Shown here: positions 53,628 through 64,000 of the stretch, piece after piece
How the letters are laid out: every line of letters starts with the position of its first letter
Numbering within the stretch: position 1 is the first letter of the stretch
Origin: Alphaproteobacteria bacterium
GTDB lineage: Bacteria > Pseudomonadota > Alphaproteobacteria > MPNO01
Assembly (NCBI GenBank): GCA_964291675.2
Contig: OZ219866.1
Span: forward strand, 864,001 to 928,000
Direction of reading: 5' to 3'
DNA: 64,000 nt
Program-made: the position numbers and the translations under genes
The notes under the pieces: model-generated
The model's input: the letters and a program-made list of their open reading frames with translations, nothing else
What the model was told of the DNA's origin: nothing
Databases searched by the model: none

Positions 53628-54444
53628 CCGCCGCCATCCGGTGCTTGCGGTAGAGCTGGTAGATCGCCGTCGCCGTCTCCTCGATGGACCGCCGGGTCAC
53701 GTCTATCGCCGGCCAGCCCTGCTCGGCGAAGAGCCGTTTCGCGACCAGCACCTCGTCCTTGACCGCCTCGATATCCGCGTATTCGCCCAAAACTTCCTGG
53801 CGAAGCATCAGAAGCCTGTTGCGCCGCACCTGCACGAGACGTTCGGACGCCGCGGTGAGGCCGACGCAGAACGGGTTCTTCAGCCGGAACAGCTCGGCGG
53901 GCAGGTCGATCCCCGGGACGACCGGGACGTTCGCCGCCTTGATGCCCCAATGGTTGGCGAGATAGATCGAGGTCGGCGTCTTCGACGTCCGCGACACGCC
54001 GATCAGCACGATGTCCGCCTCCTCCAGGCTCCAGGCGTTCTGCCCGTCGTCATGCGACAGCACAAAGTTCATCGCCTCCATGCGGTCGAAATATTCGGCG
54101 CTGAGCAGGTGCTGACCGCCCGGCCGGCCGCTCTGCTTGCGATGGAAATAGCGTGCCATCGCCTCGATCACCGGATCGATCACCGAGACGCAGGGGAGGT
54201 TCAGGTTGCGGCACTCCTCCTGCAGCGCGCTCCGCGTCGTGTCGTTGACCAGGGTGAAGATCACCACCCCCGGCTCCCGCCGGATCCCCTCAATCACCCT
54301 GGCGAGCGCGTCCGGGGTACGCACCATCGGCCATAGATGCTGATCCACGTCGACGCCCTCGAACTGCGCCATGCAGGCGCGGACGACGCCCTGGGTGGTC
54401 TCGCCTGTCGAGTCGGACACCAGATGCAGGTTGTACTCGGCCAT
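53602..54444 (-). CDS. pyruvate phosphate dikinase regulatory protein (kinase/pyrophosphorylase, DUF299)
   Basis: LVSDSTGET, HDDG, GVSRTSKTP, DVTRRSIEETA. Confidence 0.93.
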   Translation of the reverse strand: MAEYNLHLVSDSTGETTQGVVRACMAQFEGVDVDQHLWPMVRTPDALARVIEGIRREPGVVIFTLVNDTTRSALQEECRNLNLPCVSVIDPVIEAMARYFHRKQSGRPGGQHLLSAEYFDRMEAMNFVLSHDDGQNAWSLEEADIVLIGVSRTSKTPTSIYLANHWGIKAANVPVVPGIDLPAELFRLKNPFCVGLTAASERLVQVRRNRLLMLRQEVLGEYADIEAVKDEVLVAKRLFAEQGWPAIDVTRRSIEETATAIYQLYRKHRMAADDGNGSGG

Positions 54445-54859
54445 GGCATTCCTTCGCTCCGCCGCTCCGGGACTATTGCGGGAATCGCCGGGACAATTGG
54501 GCAGATTCTCCGACCCGCGCTAAATCCATCCCCGAACACCCCGTTCGTTCCGCCCGCTTGCGCACGGCCCCGACAAGATTCCACATGTGGCAGACAGTTT
54601 CACCCTGTCCCTGAAATCCCCATGTTGTTCCGTCCACGGAACTTGGCCAGCTCTTTGATTTCATTGAACTACCTGCGCTGTTCCCCGTATTCCAACGAGC
54701 AGGAAGCCCTTTTCCACGACTCTCGCACCCGGGGGAAAACACGAAGCGCAATCAATAATCCTCACTATTTGGCCCTCCATCAAACACAACAACCTGATTC
54801 TGATTCTTGCAGTAGATTCGACGGGACGAACAAACCTTCCCCTCCAACGCCGGTTCATC
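54445..54859. other. probable chromosomal replication origin oriC
   Basis: AT-richer divergent gap before hemE (conserved alphaproteobacterial oriC position); seven GANTC sites (54482, 54504, 54577, 54718, 54796, 54802, 54815); DnaA-box-like TTTTCCACG (54710); IHF-like TTTGATT (~54655). Confidence 0.75.
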
Positions 54860-55900
54860 GTGCCCACGAACGACAAGCCGCTGCTAGCTGCCCTATCCGG
54901 CCAGACAACCGGGTCGCCGCCGATCTGGCTGATGCGCCAGGCCGGGCGTCATCTGCCCGAGTATCGGGCGCTCCGTGAGCAGGCTTCGTCGTTCCTGGAT
55001 TTCTGCTACACGCCCGAGCTTGCGGTCGAAGCGTCGTTGCAGCCCGTGCGGCGCTATCCGCTCGACGCGGCGATCGTGTTCTCCGACATCCTGGTCATCC
55101 CGGATGCGCTCGGCCAGCGGGTCTGGTTCGAGCCGGGCAAGGGGCCGAAGCTCGATCCCGTGCTGACGGCGGGCGAGATCGACCGGTTGAATCCGAACCG
55201 GCTGACGAAGCGGCTCGAGCCGGTCTACGAGACGGTCGCGAGGGTGCGCGAAGAGCTGCCCGCGGGAACCGCGCTGATCGGCTTTGCCGGCGCGCCCTGG
55301 ACCATCGCGACCTACATGATCGAGGGAGGCACGAGCCGCGATCATGAGCGGGCGCGCGGGCTCGCCTATCGTGCTCCTCACATCGTCGAGCGCCTGATCG
55401 AAATCCTGACGGCGGCGGCGGTCGAGCATCTGCTCGCCCAGGTTCGCGCCGGCGCCGAAGCGGTCCAGATCTTCGATAGCTGGGCCGGCGCCTTGCCGGC
55501 GACGCTTCGCGAACGCTATTCGCTGCGTCCGGTCGCCGAGATCGCGGCGCGGATCGGCGAGGCCTGTCCCGGGGTGCCGGTGATCGCCTTCCCGCGCGGC
55601 GTCGGCAGCGCGTATGCGGACTATGCCGCGCTGGCCGGGATTGCCGCGGTCTCGATCGACCAGACCGTCGATCCGCGCTGGGCGGCGTCGGCGGTGCAGC
55701 CGTATGCCGCGGTCCAGGGCAATCTCGATCCGGTCCTGCTGGCGGCCGGCGGGCAGGCGATGGACGAGGCCGTCGACGGCATTCTCGCGGCGCTCGGCGG
55801 CGGGCCGTTCGTATTCAATCTCGGCCACGGCGTGGTGCCCAACACGCCGCCGGCGCATGTCGAGACATTGATTGCCCGGGTGAAGGGGAACGCGGCTTGA
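54860..55900 (+). CDS. hemE: uroporphyrinogen decarboxylase
   Basis: WLMRQAGR, FSDIL, GFAGAPWT, FNLGHG. Confidence 0.95.
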   Translation: MPTNDKPLLAALSGQTTGSPPIWLMRQAGRHLPEYRALREQASSFLDFCYTPELAVEASLQPVRRYPLDAAIVFSDILVIPDALGQRVWFEPGKGPKLDPVLTAGEIDRLNPNRLTKRLEPVYETVARVREELPAGTALIGFAGAPWTIATYMIEGGTSRDHERARGLAYRAPHIVERLIEILTAAAVEHLLAQVRAGAEAVQIFDSWAGALPATLRERYSLRPVAEIAARIGEACPGVPVIAFPRGVGSAYADYAALAGIAAVSIDQTVDPRWAASAVQPYAAVQGNLDPVLLAAGGQAMDEAVDGILAALGGGPFVFNLGHGVVPNTPPAHVETLIARVKGNAA

Positions 55901-56934
55901 ACGAACGCGTTGCCGTGGTTCTGTTCAATCTCGGCGGTCCCGACCGCCTCGAAGCGGTCGGGCCGTTCCTGTTCAACCTGTTCAACGATCCGGCGATCAT
56001 GCGCCGCAGGCAGCCATTGCGCTGGTTGCTCGCGAGGCTGATCGCCTGGCGCAGGCGGGGCGCGGCTAAGGAGATCTACCGAAGCCTCGGCGGCGGGTCT
56101 CCTCTGCTACGGCAAACCGAGGCGCAGGCGTCGGCGCTGCAACGGGAGCTGGCCGATCCCGGCATCGGGGTCTTCGTGAGCATGCGCTACTGGCACCCCC
56201 GCGCGGCGGAGACGGTGCACGCGGTGAAGCGTTTCGACCCCGGAAGGGTCGTGCTGCTGCCTCTCTACCCGCAGTTCTCGTCGACCACGACGGCGTCTTC
56301 CTTCCGCGAGTGGCGGCAGGAGGCGGCCGGCATGCTCGCCGTGCCGACGGCGCGCATCTGTTGCTATCCCGAAGATCCGGGTTTCGTTGCGGCACAGGCC
56401 GCGCGCATCCGCGAGATCCTCGACCGCTGGGAAGGGCCGGAGCCCAGGATCCTCTATTCCGCCCATGGCCTGCCGAAGGCCTTCGTCGAGGCCGGCGATC
56501 CCTACCGATCACAGGTCGAGCGCAGCGTGGCTGCGATAAGCGAGACGCTGGGGAGGCCGGATCTCGACCGGGTGATCTGCTACCAGAGCAGGGTCGGTCC
56601 GCTCGAATGGATCGGCCCCTACACGGACCGCGAGATCGAGCGCGCCGGCGCTGAAGGAAGGCCGGTCGTCGTCGTGCCGGTCGCCTTCGTCTCGGAGCAT
56701 TCGGAAACCCTGGTCGAGCTCGACAGGGAGTATCGGGACCTCGCGCGGGCCTGCGGGGTGCCGCGCTACGAGCGGGCGGGGACCGTCGGGACCCACCCTG
56801 CCTTCGTCGCGGGTCTGGCTGGGCTGGTGTGCCGGGCGATGGGCTGCGGCGAAACGACGCTGCCCGGCTCGGGAGGGCAGATCTGCGAGCCGGGTGCGGG
56901 CGACTGCCCGGTCCGGCCGGCCGGCGTGCCATGA
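55897..56934 (+). CDS. hemH: ferrochelatase
   Basis: FNLGGP, MRYWHP, LYPQFS, SAHGLP, FVSEHSETLVE. Confidence 0.95.
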   Translation: MNERVAVVLFNLGGPDRLEAVGPFLFNLFNDPAIMRRRQPLRWLLARLIAWRRRGAAKEIYRSLGGGSPLLRQTEAQASALQRELADPGIGVFVSMRYWHPRAAETVHAVKRFDPGRVVLLPLYPQFSSTTTASSFREWRQEAAGMLAVPTARICCYPEDPGFVAAQAARIREILDRWEGPEPRILYSAHGLPKAFVEAGDPYRSQVERSVAAISETLGRPDLDRVICYQSRVGPLEWIGPYTDREIERAGAEGRPVVVVPVAFVSEHSETLVELDREYRDLARACGVPRYERAGTVGTHPAFVAGLAGLVCRAMGCGETTLPGSGGQICEPGAGDCPVRPAGVP

Positions 56935-57377
56935 CCTGGCTCGCCGATGCCTATCCCTGGCTGCTCGCCCTGCACATCGTCGCGGTGATCGCCTGGATGG
57001 CCGGGATGCTCTATCTGCCGCGGCTCTACGTCTATCACAGCGAGCGCGAACCGGGCGGCGAAGCGGACGAGATGCTCAAGGTCATGGAGCGCCGGCTGCT
57101 GCGGCTGATCGTCAACCCCGCGATGTTGCTGGTCTTTTTCACCGGCGGGTTGCTGCTGCTCGCCCCCGGTGTCGTCGATTGGGCGTCCGGCTGGGTCTAC
57201 GCCAAGCTGGCGCTGGTGCTTGCGCTGTCCGCCGTGCACGGGGCGTTCGCCGCCTGGCGGCGCGGGTTCGCGGAGGGGCGCAACCGGCGCTCCGCGCGGT
57301 TCTACCGGGCGGTCAACGAGATACCCACCGTGCTGATGATCGCGATCGTGGTCCTGGTCGTGGTGAAGCCGTTCTGA
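56931..57377 (+). CDS. hemJ: protoporphyrinogen oxidase HemJ
   Basis: WMAGMLYLPRLYVYH, MERRL, NEIPT, VVKPF. Confidence 0.93.
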   Translation: MTWLADAYPWLLALHIVAVIAWMAGMLYLPRLYVYHSEREPGGEADEMLKVMERRLLRLIVNPAMLLVFFTGGLLLLAPGVVDWASGWVYAKLALVLALSAVHGAFAAWRRGFAEGRNRRSARFYRAVNEIPTVLMIAIVVLVVVKPF

Positions 57378-57573
57378 CCCGGCGGGCGGGGCCGCAATCG
57401 AGGTTTGACTCCGCCTCGCCCATTCGCTAAGTGGTAGTGGCCAAGTTCGCCCCGACGCGTTCACCATCCCGCCGGAAAAAACAAACGAGCTCGCGAGGGC
57501 GGCCCGCTCGTTTTCGTTCATCGCTTCGTGTGCGAGAGCGAAGACCAACCGCTTCCAACCAACCGGTAATCCA

Positions 57574-58830
57574 ATGAATCTGCAAGAACTGAAGCAGAAG
57601 TCGCCGGCCGACTTGCTCAACTACGCCGAAGAGCTGGAGATCGAGAACGCATCGACGCTGCGCAAGCAGGACATGATGTTCGCGATCCTCAAGCAGCTCG
57701 CCGAGAACGATGTCGTCATCTCGGGCAATGGCGTGCTGGAGATCCTGCAGGACGGCTTCGGCTTCCTGCGCTCGCCGGAGGCGAACTATCTGCCTGGCCC
57801 GGACGACATTTACGTTTCGCCGAGCCAGATCCGGCGTTTCGGGCTCAGGACGGGGGACACCGTCGAGGGGCAGATCCGCTCGCCCAAGGACGGCGAGCGG
57901 TATTTCGCGCTGCTCAAGGTGAATTTGATCAATTTCGACGAGCCGGAACGCATCCGCCACCGGATCAATTTCGACAACCTCACCCCGCTCTATCCCGAAG
58001 AGAAGATCGGCCTCGAGGTCGACGATCCGACGCGCAAGGACCTGACCACCCGCATCATCGACCTGATCACGCCGCTCGGCAAGGGCCAGCGGGCGCTGAT
58101 CGTCGCGCCGCCGCGCACCGGCAAGACCATGATGCTGCAGGGCATCGCGCATTCGATCAGCGCGAATCACCCCGAGGCCTATCTCATCGTGCTGCTGATC
58201 GACGAGCGTCCCGAGGAAGTCACCGACATGCAGCGCTCGGTGAGGGGCGAGGTGGTCAGCTCGACCTTCGACGAGCCGGCGTCGCGGCACGTCCAGGTCG
58301 CCGAGATGGTCATCGAGAAGGCCAAGCGCCTGGTCGAGCACAAGCGCGACGTGGTGATCCTGCTCGATTCGATCACCCGGCTCGCGCGGGCCTACAACAC
58401 CGTCGTGCCGAGCTCCGGCAAGGTGCTGACCGGCGGCGTCGACGCCAACGCGCTGCAGCGCCCCAAGCGGTTCTTCGGCGCGGCGCGCAATATCGAAGAA
58501 GGCGGCTCTCTCACCATCATCTCGTCGGCGCTGATCGACACCGGCTCGCGCATGGACGAGGTGATCTTCGAGGAGTTCAAGGGCACCGGCAATTCCGAGA
58601 TCGTGCTCGACCGCAAGCTCGCCGACAAGCGCACCTGGCCGGCGATGGACATCGCCAAGTCGGGCACCCGCAAGGAAGAGCTGCTGGTCGACCGCGGCAC
58701 GCTGTCGAAGATGTGGGTGCTCAGGCGCATCCTCACCCCGATGGGCGTGACCGACTCGATGGAGTTCCTGATCGACAAGATCAAGGACACCAAGAACAAC
58801 CCGGACTTCTTCGAGGCGATGAACCAGTAG
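57574..58830 (+). CDS. rho: transcription termination factor Rho
   Basis: [35 protein letters not shown]. Confidence 0.98.
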   Translation: MNLQELKQKSPADLLNYAEELEIENASTLRKQDMMFAILKQLAENDVVISGNGVLEILQDGFGFLRSPEANYLPGPDDIYVSPSQIRRFGLRTGDTVEGQIRSPKDGERYFALLKVNLINFDEPERIRHRINFDNLTPLYPEEKIGLEVDDPTRKDLTTRIIDLITPLGKGQRALIVAPPRTGKTMMLQGIAHSISANHPEAYLIVLLIDERPEEVTDMQRSVRGEVVSSTFDEPASRHVQVAEMVIEKAKRLVEHKRDVVILLDSITRLARAYNTVVPSSGKVLTGGVDANALQRPKRFFGAARNIEEGGSLTIISSALIDTGSRMDEVIFEEFKGTGNSEIVLDRKLADKRTWPAMDIAKSGTRKEELLVDRGTLSKMWVLRRILTPMGVTDSMEFLIDKIKDTKNNPDFFEAMNQ

Positions 58831-58847
58831 GCCGCGGCTGCGCCCCG

Positions 58848-59060
58848 CCCATGGATGCCCGGATCAAGTCCGGGCATGACGGGGGGAAGGCATGGCGATG
58901 CGGCGAGCCGCACCACCCAGCGCTCCCTTTCCCCTTCGCTACCCCCGCCCCGGCCCTGGATGCCCGGAACGAGTCCGGGCATGACGAAGGGGGTGTCGGC
59001 ACGGCCCCCACCCCGTCATGGCCGGACTTGATCCGGCCATCCATCCGGGGCCAGCCGTGA
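58848..59060. repeat. three family A palindromes between convergent genes
   Basis: ATGGATGCCCGGATCAAGTCCGGGCATGACG and variants at ~58956 and ~59013. Confidence 0.85.
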
Positions 59061-59079
59061 CGGTGGCGAGAAAGCCCGG

Positions 59080-60054
59080 CTATGGGACCAGGATCGTCGA
59101 GCCCGTCGTCTTGCGGCCTTCCAGATCGCGATGCGCCTTGGCCGCGTCCTTGAGCGCGTAGGTCTGGTTGATCCCGATCTCCACCGCGCCGCCGCGCACC
59201 GCCCGGAAAAGGTCGTTCGCCGTCGTCGTCAAATCCTTGCGCGAGGCGGTGTAGTGCGGCAGCGAGGGCCGGGTCAGGAACAGCGAGCCCTTGGCGGCCA
59301 GCATCCCGGTCTCGAAGGGGGGCACCGGGCCCGAGGCGTTGCCGAAGCTCACCATCAGCCCGCGCGGGGAGAGGCAGTCGAGCGATCCCTCGAAGGTCTG
59401 CTTGCCGACCGAATCGTAGACCACCGGCACCCCCGCACCCTTGGTGATGCGGCGGACCCGGTCGGTGAAGTCCTGCTCGGTATAGACGATCGCATGGTCG
59501 CAGCCATGCGCGCGGGCGAGCTTCGCCTTCTGCCGGCTGCCGACGGTGCCGATCACGGTTGCGCCGAGATGCTTGGCCCACTGGCACAGGATCAGCCCGA
59601 CCCCGCCCGCCGCGGCATGGACCAGGATGGTGTCGCCCTTCCCGACCCGGTAGGTCTCGCGGATCAGGTAGCGCACCGTCATGCCCTGCAGCATCATCGC
59701 CGCCGCGGTCTCGTCCGAGATTCCGCGCGGGATCTTCACCACCCGGTCGGCCGGGATCAGCCGTTCCTCCGAATAGGCGCCGAGCGGCGTGGTCGCATAG
59801 GCCACCCGGTCGCCCGCCTTGAGGTCGGTTACGCCGCGGCCGAGCGCCTCGACGACGCCCGCCCCCTCCATGCCGAGCGTCAGCGGCAGCGGAAGCTGGT
59901 AGAGCCCGGAGCGGTGATAGACGTCGATGTAGTTGAGGCCGACGGCGGTATGGCGGATGCGGACCTCGCCCTTCCCGGGATCGCCGATCTCGACGTCCCG
60001 CCACTTCATCGCCGAGGCGGGGCCCGGCTTGTCGATCTGGATCGCTCGCGGCAT
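59080..60054 (-). CDS. qor: NADPH:quinone oxidoreductase (zeta-crystallin family)
   Basis: GLNYID, HAAAGGVG, VYDSVG, KGSLFLTRPSL. Confidence 0.92.
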   Translation of the reverse strand: MPRAIQIDKPGPASAMKWRDVEIGDPGKGEVRIRHTAVGLNYIDVYHRSGLYQLPLPLTLGMEGAGVVEALGRGVTDLKAGDRVAYATTPLGAYSEERLIPADRVVKIPRGISDETAAAMMLQGMTVRYLIRETYRVGKGDTILVHAAAGGVGLILCQWAKHLGATVIGTVGSRQKAKLARAHGCDHAIVYTEQDFTDRVRRITKGAGVPVVYDSVGKQTFEGSLDCLSPRGLMVSFGNASGPVPPFETGMLAAKGSLFLTRPSLPHYTASRKDLTTTANDLFRAVRGGAVEIGINQTYALKDAAKAHRDLEGRKTTGSTILVP

Positions 60055-60067
60055 GTCTCGGCCTCCC

Positions 60068-60763
60068 CTAAGCCAGATGGGCCTTGAAGAATTCGGCCGT
60101 GCGCCCGTTCGCAAGCTCGGCCGCCGCCCGGTCGTAATGCTCCCCGCCGATGCGGGCGAAGGCGTGGTCGACCCCGGGATAGACATGGACGGTGAACAGC
60201 GCGTTGCCGGCGAGCGCGTCCTGGATCGTCTTCTGCGCCTCGGGCGGGCAGTAGTCGTCCTCCGCGGCGATGTGCAGCATGGCCGGTTTCGATGCGCCTT
60301 CCGCCTTGTCCATGTTGCCCTCGATCTGCACCGGGTAGTAGCCGACCGAGGCGTCGGAATCGGTGAAGCAGGCCGACATGTAGGCGAGGCTTCCGCCCAT
60401 GCAGTAGCCGACCGTGCCGACCTTGCCGGAACACCCGCCGAGGCCGCGCACATGGCCGATGGTGGCGGCGATGTCGGCCACCCCCTTCTCGAAGTCGAAG
60501 CCCTGGAGGTAGCCGAACGCCTTCTCCCACTCCGCCTCGGTCTTGTCGGTGAGCTGGACGCCCGGCTCCTGGCGCCAGAACAGGTCGGGCGCGCAGGCGA
60601 TGTAGCCGTCCGCCGCGAGGCCGTCGCAGATGTCCCGCATGACCCGGTTGACGCCAAAAATCTCCTGGATGACGACGACGCCCGGCCCCGAGCCGGATGA
60701 CGGGCTGGCGAGGTAGGCGCCGAAGCTGCCGCCGTCCGAGGCGGCGATGGTGATGTCAGGCAT
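60068..60763 (-). CDS. dienelactone hydrolase
   Basis: QEIFGVN, PDLFWR, GYCMGG, YPGVDHAFAR. Confidence 0.92.
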   Translation of the reverse strand: MPDITIAASDGGSFGAYLASPSSGSGPGVVVIQEIFGVNRVMRDICDGLAADGYIACAPDLFWRQEPGVQLTDKTEAEWEKAFGYLQGFDFEKGVADIAATIGHVRGLGGCSGKVGTVGYCMGGSLAYMSACFTDSDASVGYYPVQIEGNMDKAEGASKPAMLHIAAEDDYCPPEAQKTIQDALAGNALFTVHVYPGVDHAFARIGGEHYDRAAAELANGRTAEFFKAHLA

Positions 60764-60829
60764 GTCCGGTTCTCCCCCAAACGGTTGCTGGCCGATTGCC
60801 CGGCAAGATAGCCGCGCGGCCCGGACGAG

Positions 60830-63151
60830 TCATCGCCGCGCGCGCTCGATGGCGCGCCACACCGTCTCCGGCGAGGCCGGCATGTCGATGGCCTCGACGC
60901 CGAGCGGGGCGAGCGCATCGAGGATGGCGCTGGTCACCGCCGGCAGGGCGCCTACCGTGCCGGCCTCGCCCGCCCCCTTGACGCCGAGCGGGTTGGTCGC
61001 GGTCGGCACCGGGTTGGCCTCCACCTTGAAGCCGCACATGTCGTCGGCCCGCGGCATCGCGTAGTCCATGAACGAGCCCGAGAGGTTCTGGCCCGAGAGG
61101 CGGTCGAACACGATGCGCTCCATCACCGCCTGGCCCAGCCCCTGGGCGACGCCGCCATGGATCTGGCCCTTCAGGAGCAGCGGGTTGAGCACCGTGCCCA
61201 CATCGTCGACGACGCAGTAGTCGACGATCCGGGTCTCGCCGGTGTCGGGGTCGATCTCGACCTCGCAGACATGGCAGCCATTGGGAAAGTTCTCCACCTT
61301 GGCCACATATCCGGCGCCGGCCTCCAGCCCCGGTTCCACGCCGGCCGGCAGCCTGGCGGGGAGGTAGGCCGCCCGGGCGACCTCGACCAGCGGCACGGAC
61401 CGGTCGGTGCCGGCGATGCGGAAGCTGCCGTCGACGAATTCGAGGTCGTCCGCCGCGGCTTCGAGGAGATGCGCCGCGACCGGCCGGGCGTGATCGACGA
61501 TCTTCTCCGCCGCGCGCAGCACCGCCGAGCCGCCGAGCGTCGCCGAGCGCGAGCCGCCGGTGCCGCCGCCGATCGACAGCGCATCCGAATCGCCCTCCGC
61601 CACGCGTAGCGTCGCCGGGTCGATGCCGAGCGTCTGGCAGACGATCTGCTTGTAGACCGTCTCATGCCCCTGGCCGTGGCTGATGGTGCCGACGAACAGC
61701 GTCGCCGTGCCCGAGGGATCGAAGCGCAGCAGCGCGCGTTCCTGGCTCGGCGCGCCGGCGCGCTCGATGGTGTTGGAGATGCCGATGCCGCGCAGCCTGC
61801 CTCGCGAGCGCGCCGCCCGGCGGCGTTGCTCGAACCCCGCGTGACCGGCAAGCTCGAGCGCCCGGTCGAGGTTCTTCTCGAACGCCCCGCAATCGTATTC
61901 GAAGACCAGCCCCGTCCGGAACGGCATCGCGTCCTCGGGGATGGTGTTCTGCCGCCTGAGCCCGACCGGATCGCGGCCGAGCCGGCGCGCCGCGGCATCG
62001 ATGAGCTGCTCGATCACATAGGCCGCTTCCGGGCGCCCGGCGCCGCGATAGGGGCAGGTCGGGTTGGTGTTGGTGAACACGCCCGCGGTCTCGACATGGA
62101 TGGCCGGGGTGACATAGGTGCCGGCGAGGGTGCCGAGATTGGCGGTCGCCGGCCCGCCGGCCATCGACGCCACATAGGCGCCGATATTGACCCTTGTGCG
62201 CACCCGCATGGCGAGGAAATTGCCCGCATCGTCGAGGGCGAGCGCGGCGTCGGTCACGTTGTCGCGGCCCTGGTGGTCGCTGATCAGCCCCTCCGAGCGC
62301 TCGCAGGTCCATTTCACCGGCCGGCCGGTCTCGCGCGAGGCCCAGAGCACCAGGATCTGTTCCGGGTACATGCCGCCCCTGAGCCCGAAGCTGCCGCCCA
62401 CGTCGTTGGCGATCACCCGGACCCGGTTCTCCGGCAGCCGGAAGATATCGCGCGCCAGCGCGCTCCGAGTGCGATGCGGGTAGTGGACGGCGGCGTATAG
62501 CGTGTGGCGCCCGGCGCGGTCGACGTCGCCCAGGAAGGCGCGCGGCTCCATCGTGTTCGAGGTCACGCGCGAGATCGCGAAGCGGCGCTCGACGACATGC
62601 GCGGCGCGCGCGAAGCCCGCCTCCACCGCGCCGCGGTCGCCGAGGAAATGGACGAAGCTCTCGTTCCGCGGCGCCTCCGGCCACAGCGCCGGCGTGGTTT
62701 CGGCATCGGCGACGGCGGTGTCGATGTTGGCGTCCAGCGGCTCGAAATCGAGATCGACGGCCTCGGCCGCGTCCCTGGCACGGGCGAGCGTGTCGGCGAC
62801 CACGACCGCGACCGCCTCGCCCACATGCACCGCCCGGTCGATCGCCAGCGGGGCGAAGGGCGGGCGGACCATCGGCGCGCCGTCGCGGGTCTTGAGGACG
62901 AGCTGGGCCTGGATCGTCCCCAGACCCGACGCCGCGTAATCCGCGCCGGTCAGCACGGCGTGGACCCCCGGCATCGCCCGCGCGGCATCGGCGTCGATCC
63001 CGCGGATCGCCGCATGGGCGTGAGGCGACCGCAGGATATGGGCGTGGCAGAGGCCCGGCAGGTCGATGTCGTCGACATACCGCCCGCCGCCCGACAGCAG
63101 CCGCGGATCCTCGGTCCGCGGCACCGCATTGCCGATGTCGAACTCGCCCAT
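60830..63151 (-). CDS. xanthine dehydrogenase-family Mo-binding subunit
   Basis: RTEDPRLLSG, VGGSFG, PYRGAGRPE, GVKGAGE. Confidence 0.92.
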   Translation of the reverse strand: MGEFDIGNAVPRTEDPRLLSGGGRYVDDIDLPGLCHAHILRSPHAHAAIRGIDADAARAMPGVHAVLTGADYAASGLGTIQAQLVLKTRDGAPMVRPPFAPLAIDRAVHVGEAVAVVVADTLARARDAAEAVDLDFEPLDANIDTAVADAETTPALWPEAPRNESFVHFLGDRGAVEAGFARAAHVVERRFAISRVTSNTMEPRAFLGDVDRAGRHTLYAAVHYPHRTRSALARDIFRLPENRVRVIANDVGGSFGLRGGMYPEQILVLWASRETGRPVKWTCERSEGLISDHQGRDNVTDAALALDDAGNFLAMRVRTRVNIGAYVASMAGGPATANLGTLAGTYVTPAIHVETAGVFTNTNPTCPYRGAGRPEAAYVIEQLIDAAARRLGRDPVGLRRQNTIPEDAMPFRTGLVFEYDCGAFEKNLDRALELAGHAGFEQRRRAARSRGRLRGIGISNTIERAGAPSQERALLRFDPSGTATLFVGTISHGQGHETVYKQIVCQTLGIDPATLRVAEGDSDALSIGGGTGGSRSATLGGSAVLRAAEKIVDHARPVAAHLLEAAADDLEFVDGSFRIAGTDRSVPLVEVARAAYLPARLPAGVEPGLEAGAGYVAKVENFPNGCHVCEVEIDPDTGETRIVDYCVVDDVGTVLNPLLLKGQIHGGVAQGLGQAVMERIVFDRLSGQNLSGSFMDYAMPRADDMCGFKVEANPVPTATNPLGVKGAGEAGTVGALPAVTSAILDALAPLGVEAIDMPASPETVWRAIERARR

Positions 63152-63223
63152 GCCTGGCCTGCTCCTGATTGCCGGGAAACCGCGCTACACTGCGGCGCCA
63201 AACTAGCAGCGGGGAGAGCGCGG

Positions 63224-63970
63224 GTGAAATTCGAGGGGCAGGTCGCGATCGTGACGGGGGCGGGGCGCAATATCGGCGAGCGCATCGCCGAGGTGCTGGC
63301 CGGGGACGGGGCGAAAATCGCCGTCGTCGACCTCGATCCGGGGCGCGCCGGACAGGTGACGCACAAGCTCGCCGAAGCCGGGCACGAGGCCGAGACCTTC
63401 GTCGCCGACGTGTCCGACAACGACGCCGTTCAGGAGCTGGTCCGGGCGGTGGTCGCGCGCTTCGGCCGCATCGACATCCTGGTCAACAACGTCGCGATCT
63501 CCGACAACCGCCACGTCCTCGAAATCACCGAGGAGGAATGGGACGACACCATCCGGGTCACCCTGAAGGCGCCGTTCCTGATGGCCAAGCACGTCGCCCA
63601 CCACATGGTCGACCACGGGATCGCCGGCAAGATCGTCAATATCGGCTCGACCTCCGGCTATCGCGGCCGGGGCAGCGCGTGCGCCTATTCGGCGGCCAAG
63701 GGCGGCGTCGCCAACCTCACCCGGTCGCTCGCCTTCCAGCTCGCGCCGCACGGGATCCGGGTCAACTCGGTCTCGCCCAACCGCACCGGCTCGCCGGTCG
63801 GCATCCAGGAGGTCGACCCCAACCGCTACTTCAAGAACCTGGTCAACCGGGCGGGCGTGCCGGACGACACGGCGCAGGTCGTGGCCTTCCTGTGCAGCGA
63901 CGCCGCGAGCTTCGTCTGCGGCGAGAACATCTTCGCCGATGGCGGGGTGATGGCGATGGAGGCGAGCTGA
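63224..63970 (+). CDS. short-chain dehydrogenase/reductase
   Basis: VTGAGRNIG, DILVNN, YSAAK. Confidence 0.92.
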   Translation: MKFEGQVAIVTGAGRNIGERIAEVLAGDGAKIAVVDLDPGRAGQVTHKLAEAGHEAETFVADVSDNDAVQELVRAVVARFGRIDILVNNVAISDNRHVLEITEEEWDDTIRVTLKAPFLMAKHVAHHMVDHGIAGKIVNIGSTSGYRGRGSACAYSAAKGGVANLTRSLAFQLAPHGIRVNSVSPNRTGSPVGIQEVDPNRYFKNLVNRAGVPDDTAQVVAFLCSDAASFVCGENIFADGGVMAMEAS

Positions 63971-63987
63971 CCGCCCCTCTTCCCAGC

Positions 63988-64000
63988 TCGTCATGCCCGG
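63988..64000. repeat. start of a family A palindrome (cut by window edge)
   Basis: CGTCATGCCCGG. Confidence 0.5.

Noticed and set aside
57378-57573. Riboswitch or sRNA in the rho leader
   Set aside because: A hairpin (AAACGAGC...GCTCGTTT) and C-rich tract fit an ordinary autoregulated rho leader; no family motif recognised

Overview
High-GC alphaproteobacterial (Rhodospirillales-like) chromosome segment containing the replication and partition region. Core genes: mnmG-rsmG-parA-parB with three perfect parS sites; yggS; leuS (one frameshift, probably an error)-lptE-holA; hisB/H/A/F/E-hinT; hslVU; smr-lutCBA-mltA-tim44; secB; dnaQ-coaE-aroE-maf-PPDK regulator; probable oriC; hemE-hemH-hemJ-rho. 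Accessory parts: (i) a PIN toxin with an atypical partner gene abutting parS; (ii) a defence-type island after parB with a low-GC NDT/TIR-like protein, a Vsr + C5-methyltransferase + endonuclease operon resembling XorII, and higBA with a duplicated higA half; (iii) a beta-barrel OMP and a long Sel1-repeat protein; (iv) a ~15 kb aromatic-catabolism block bracketed by 228-bp inverted repeat composites; (v) a nested structure in which a REP palindrome is interrupted by a TIR-bounded MITE, itself interrupted by an IS110 whose non-coding end carries short matches to its own target and donor junctions (bridge-RNA-like). Two short palindromic repeat families fill many intergenic regions. All calls come from motif reading and recall; no searches were run.
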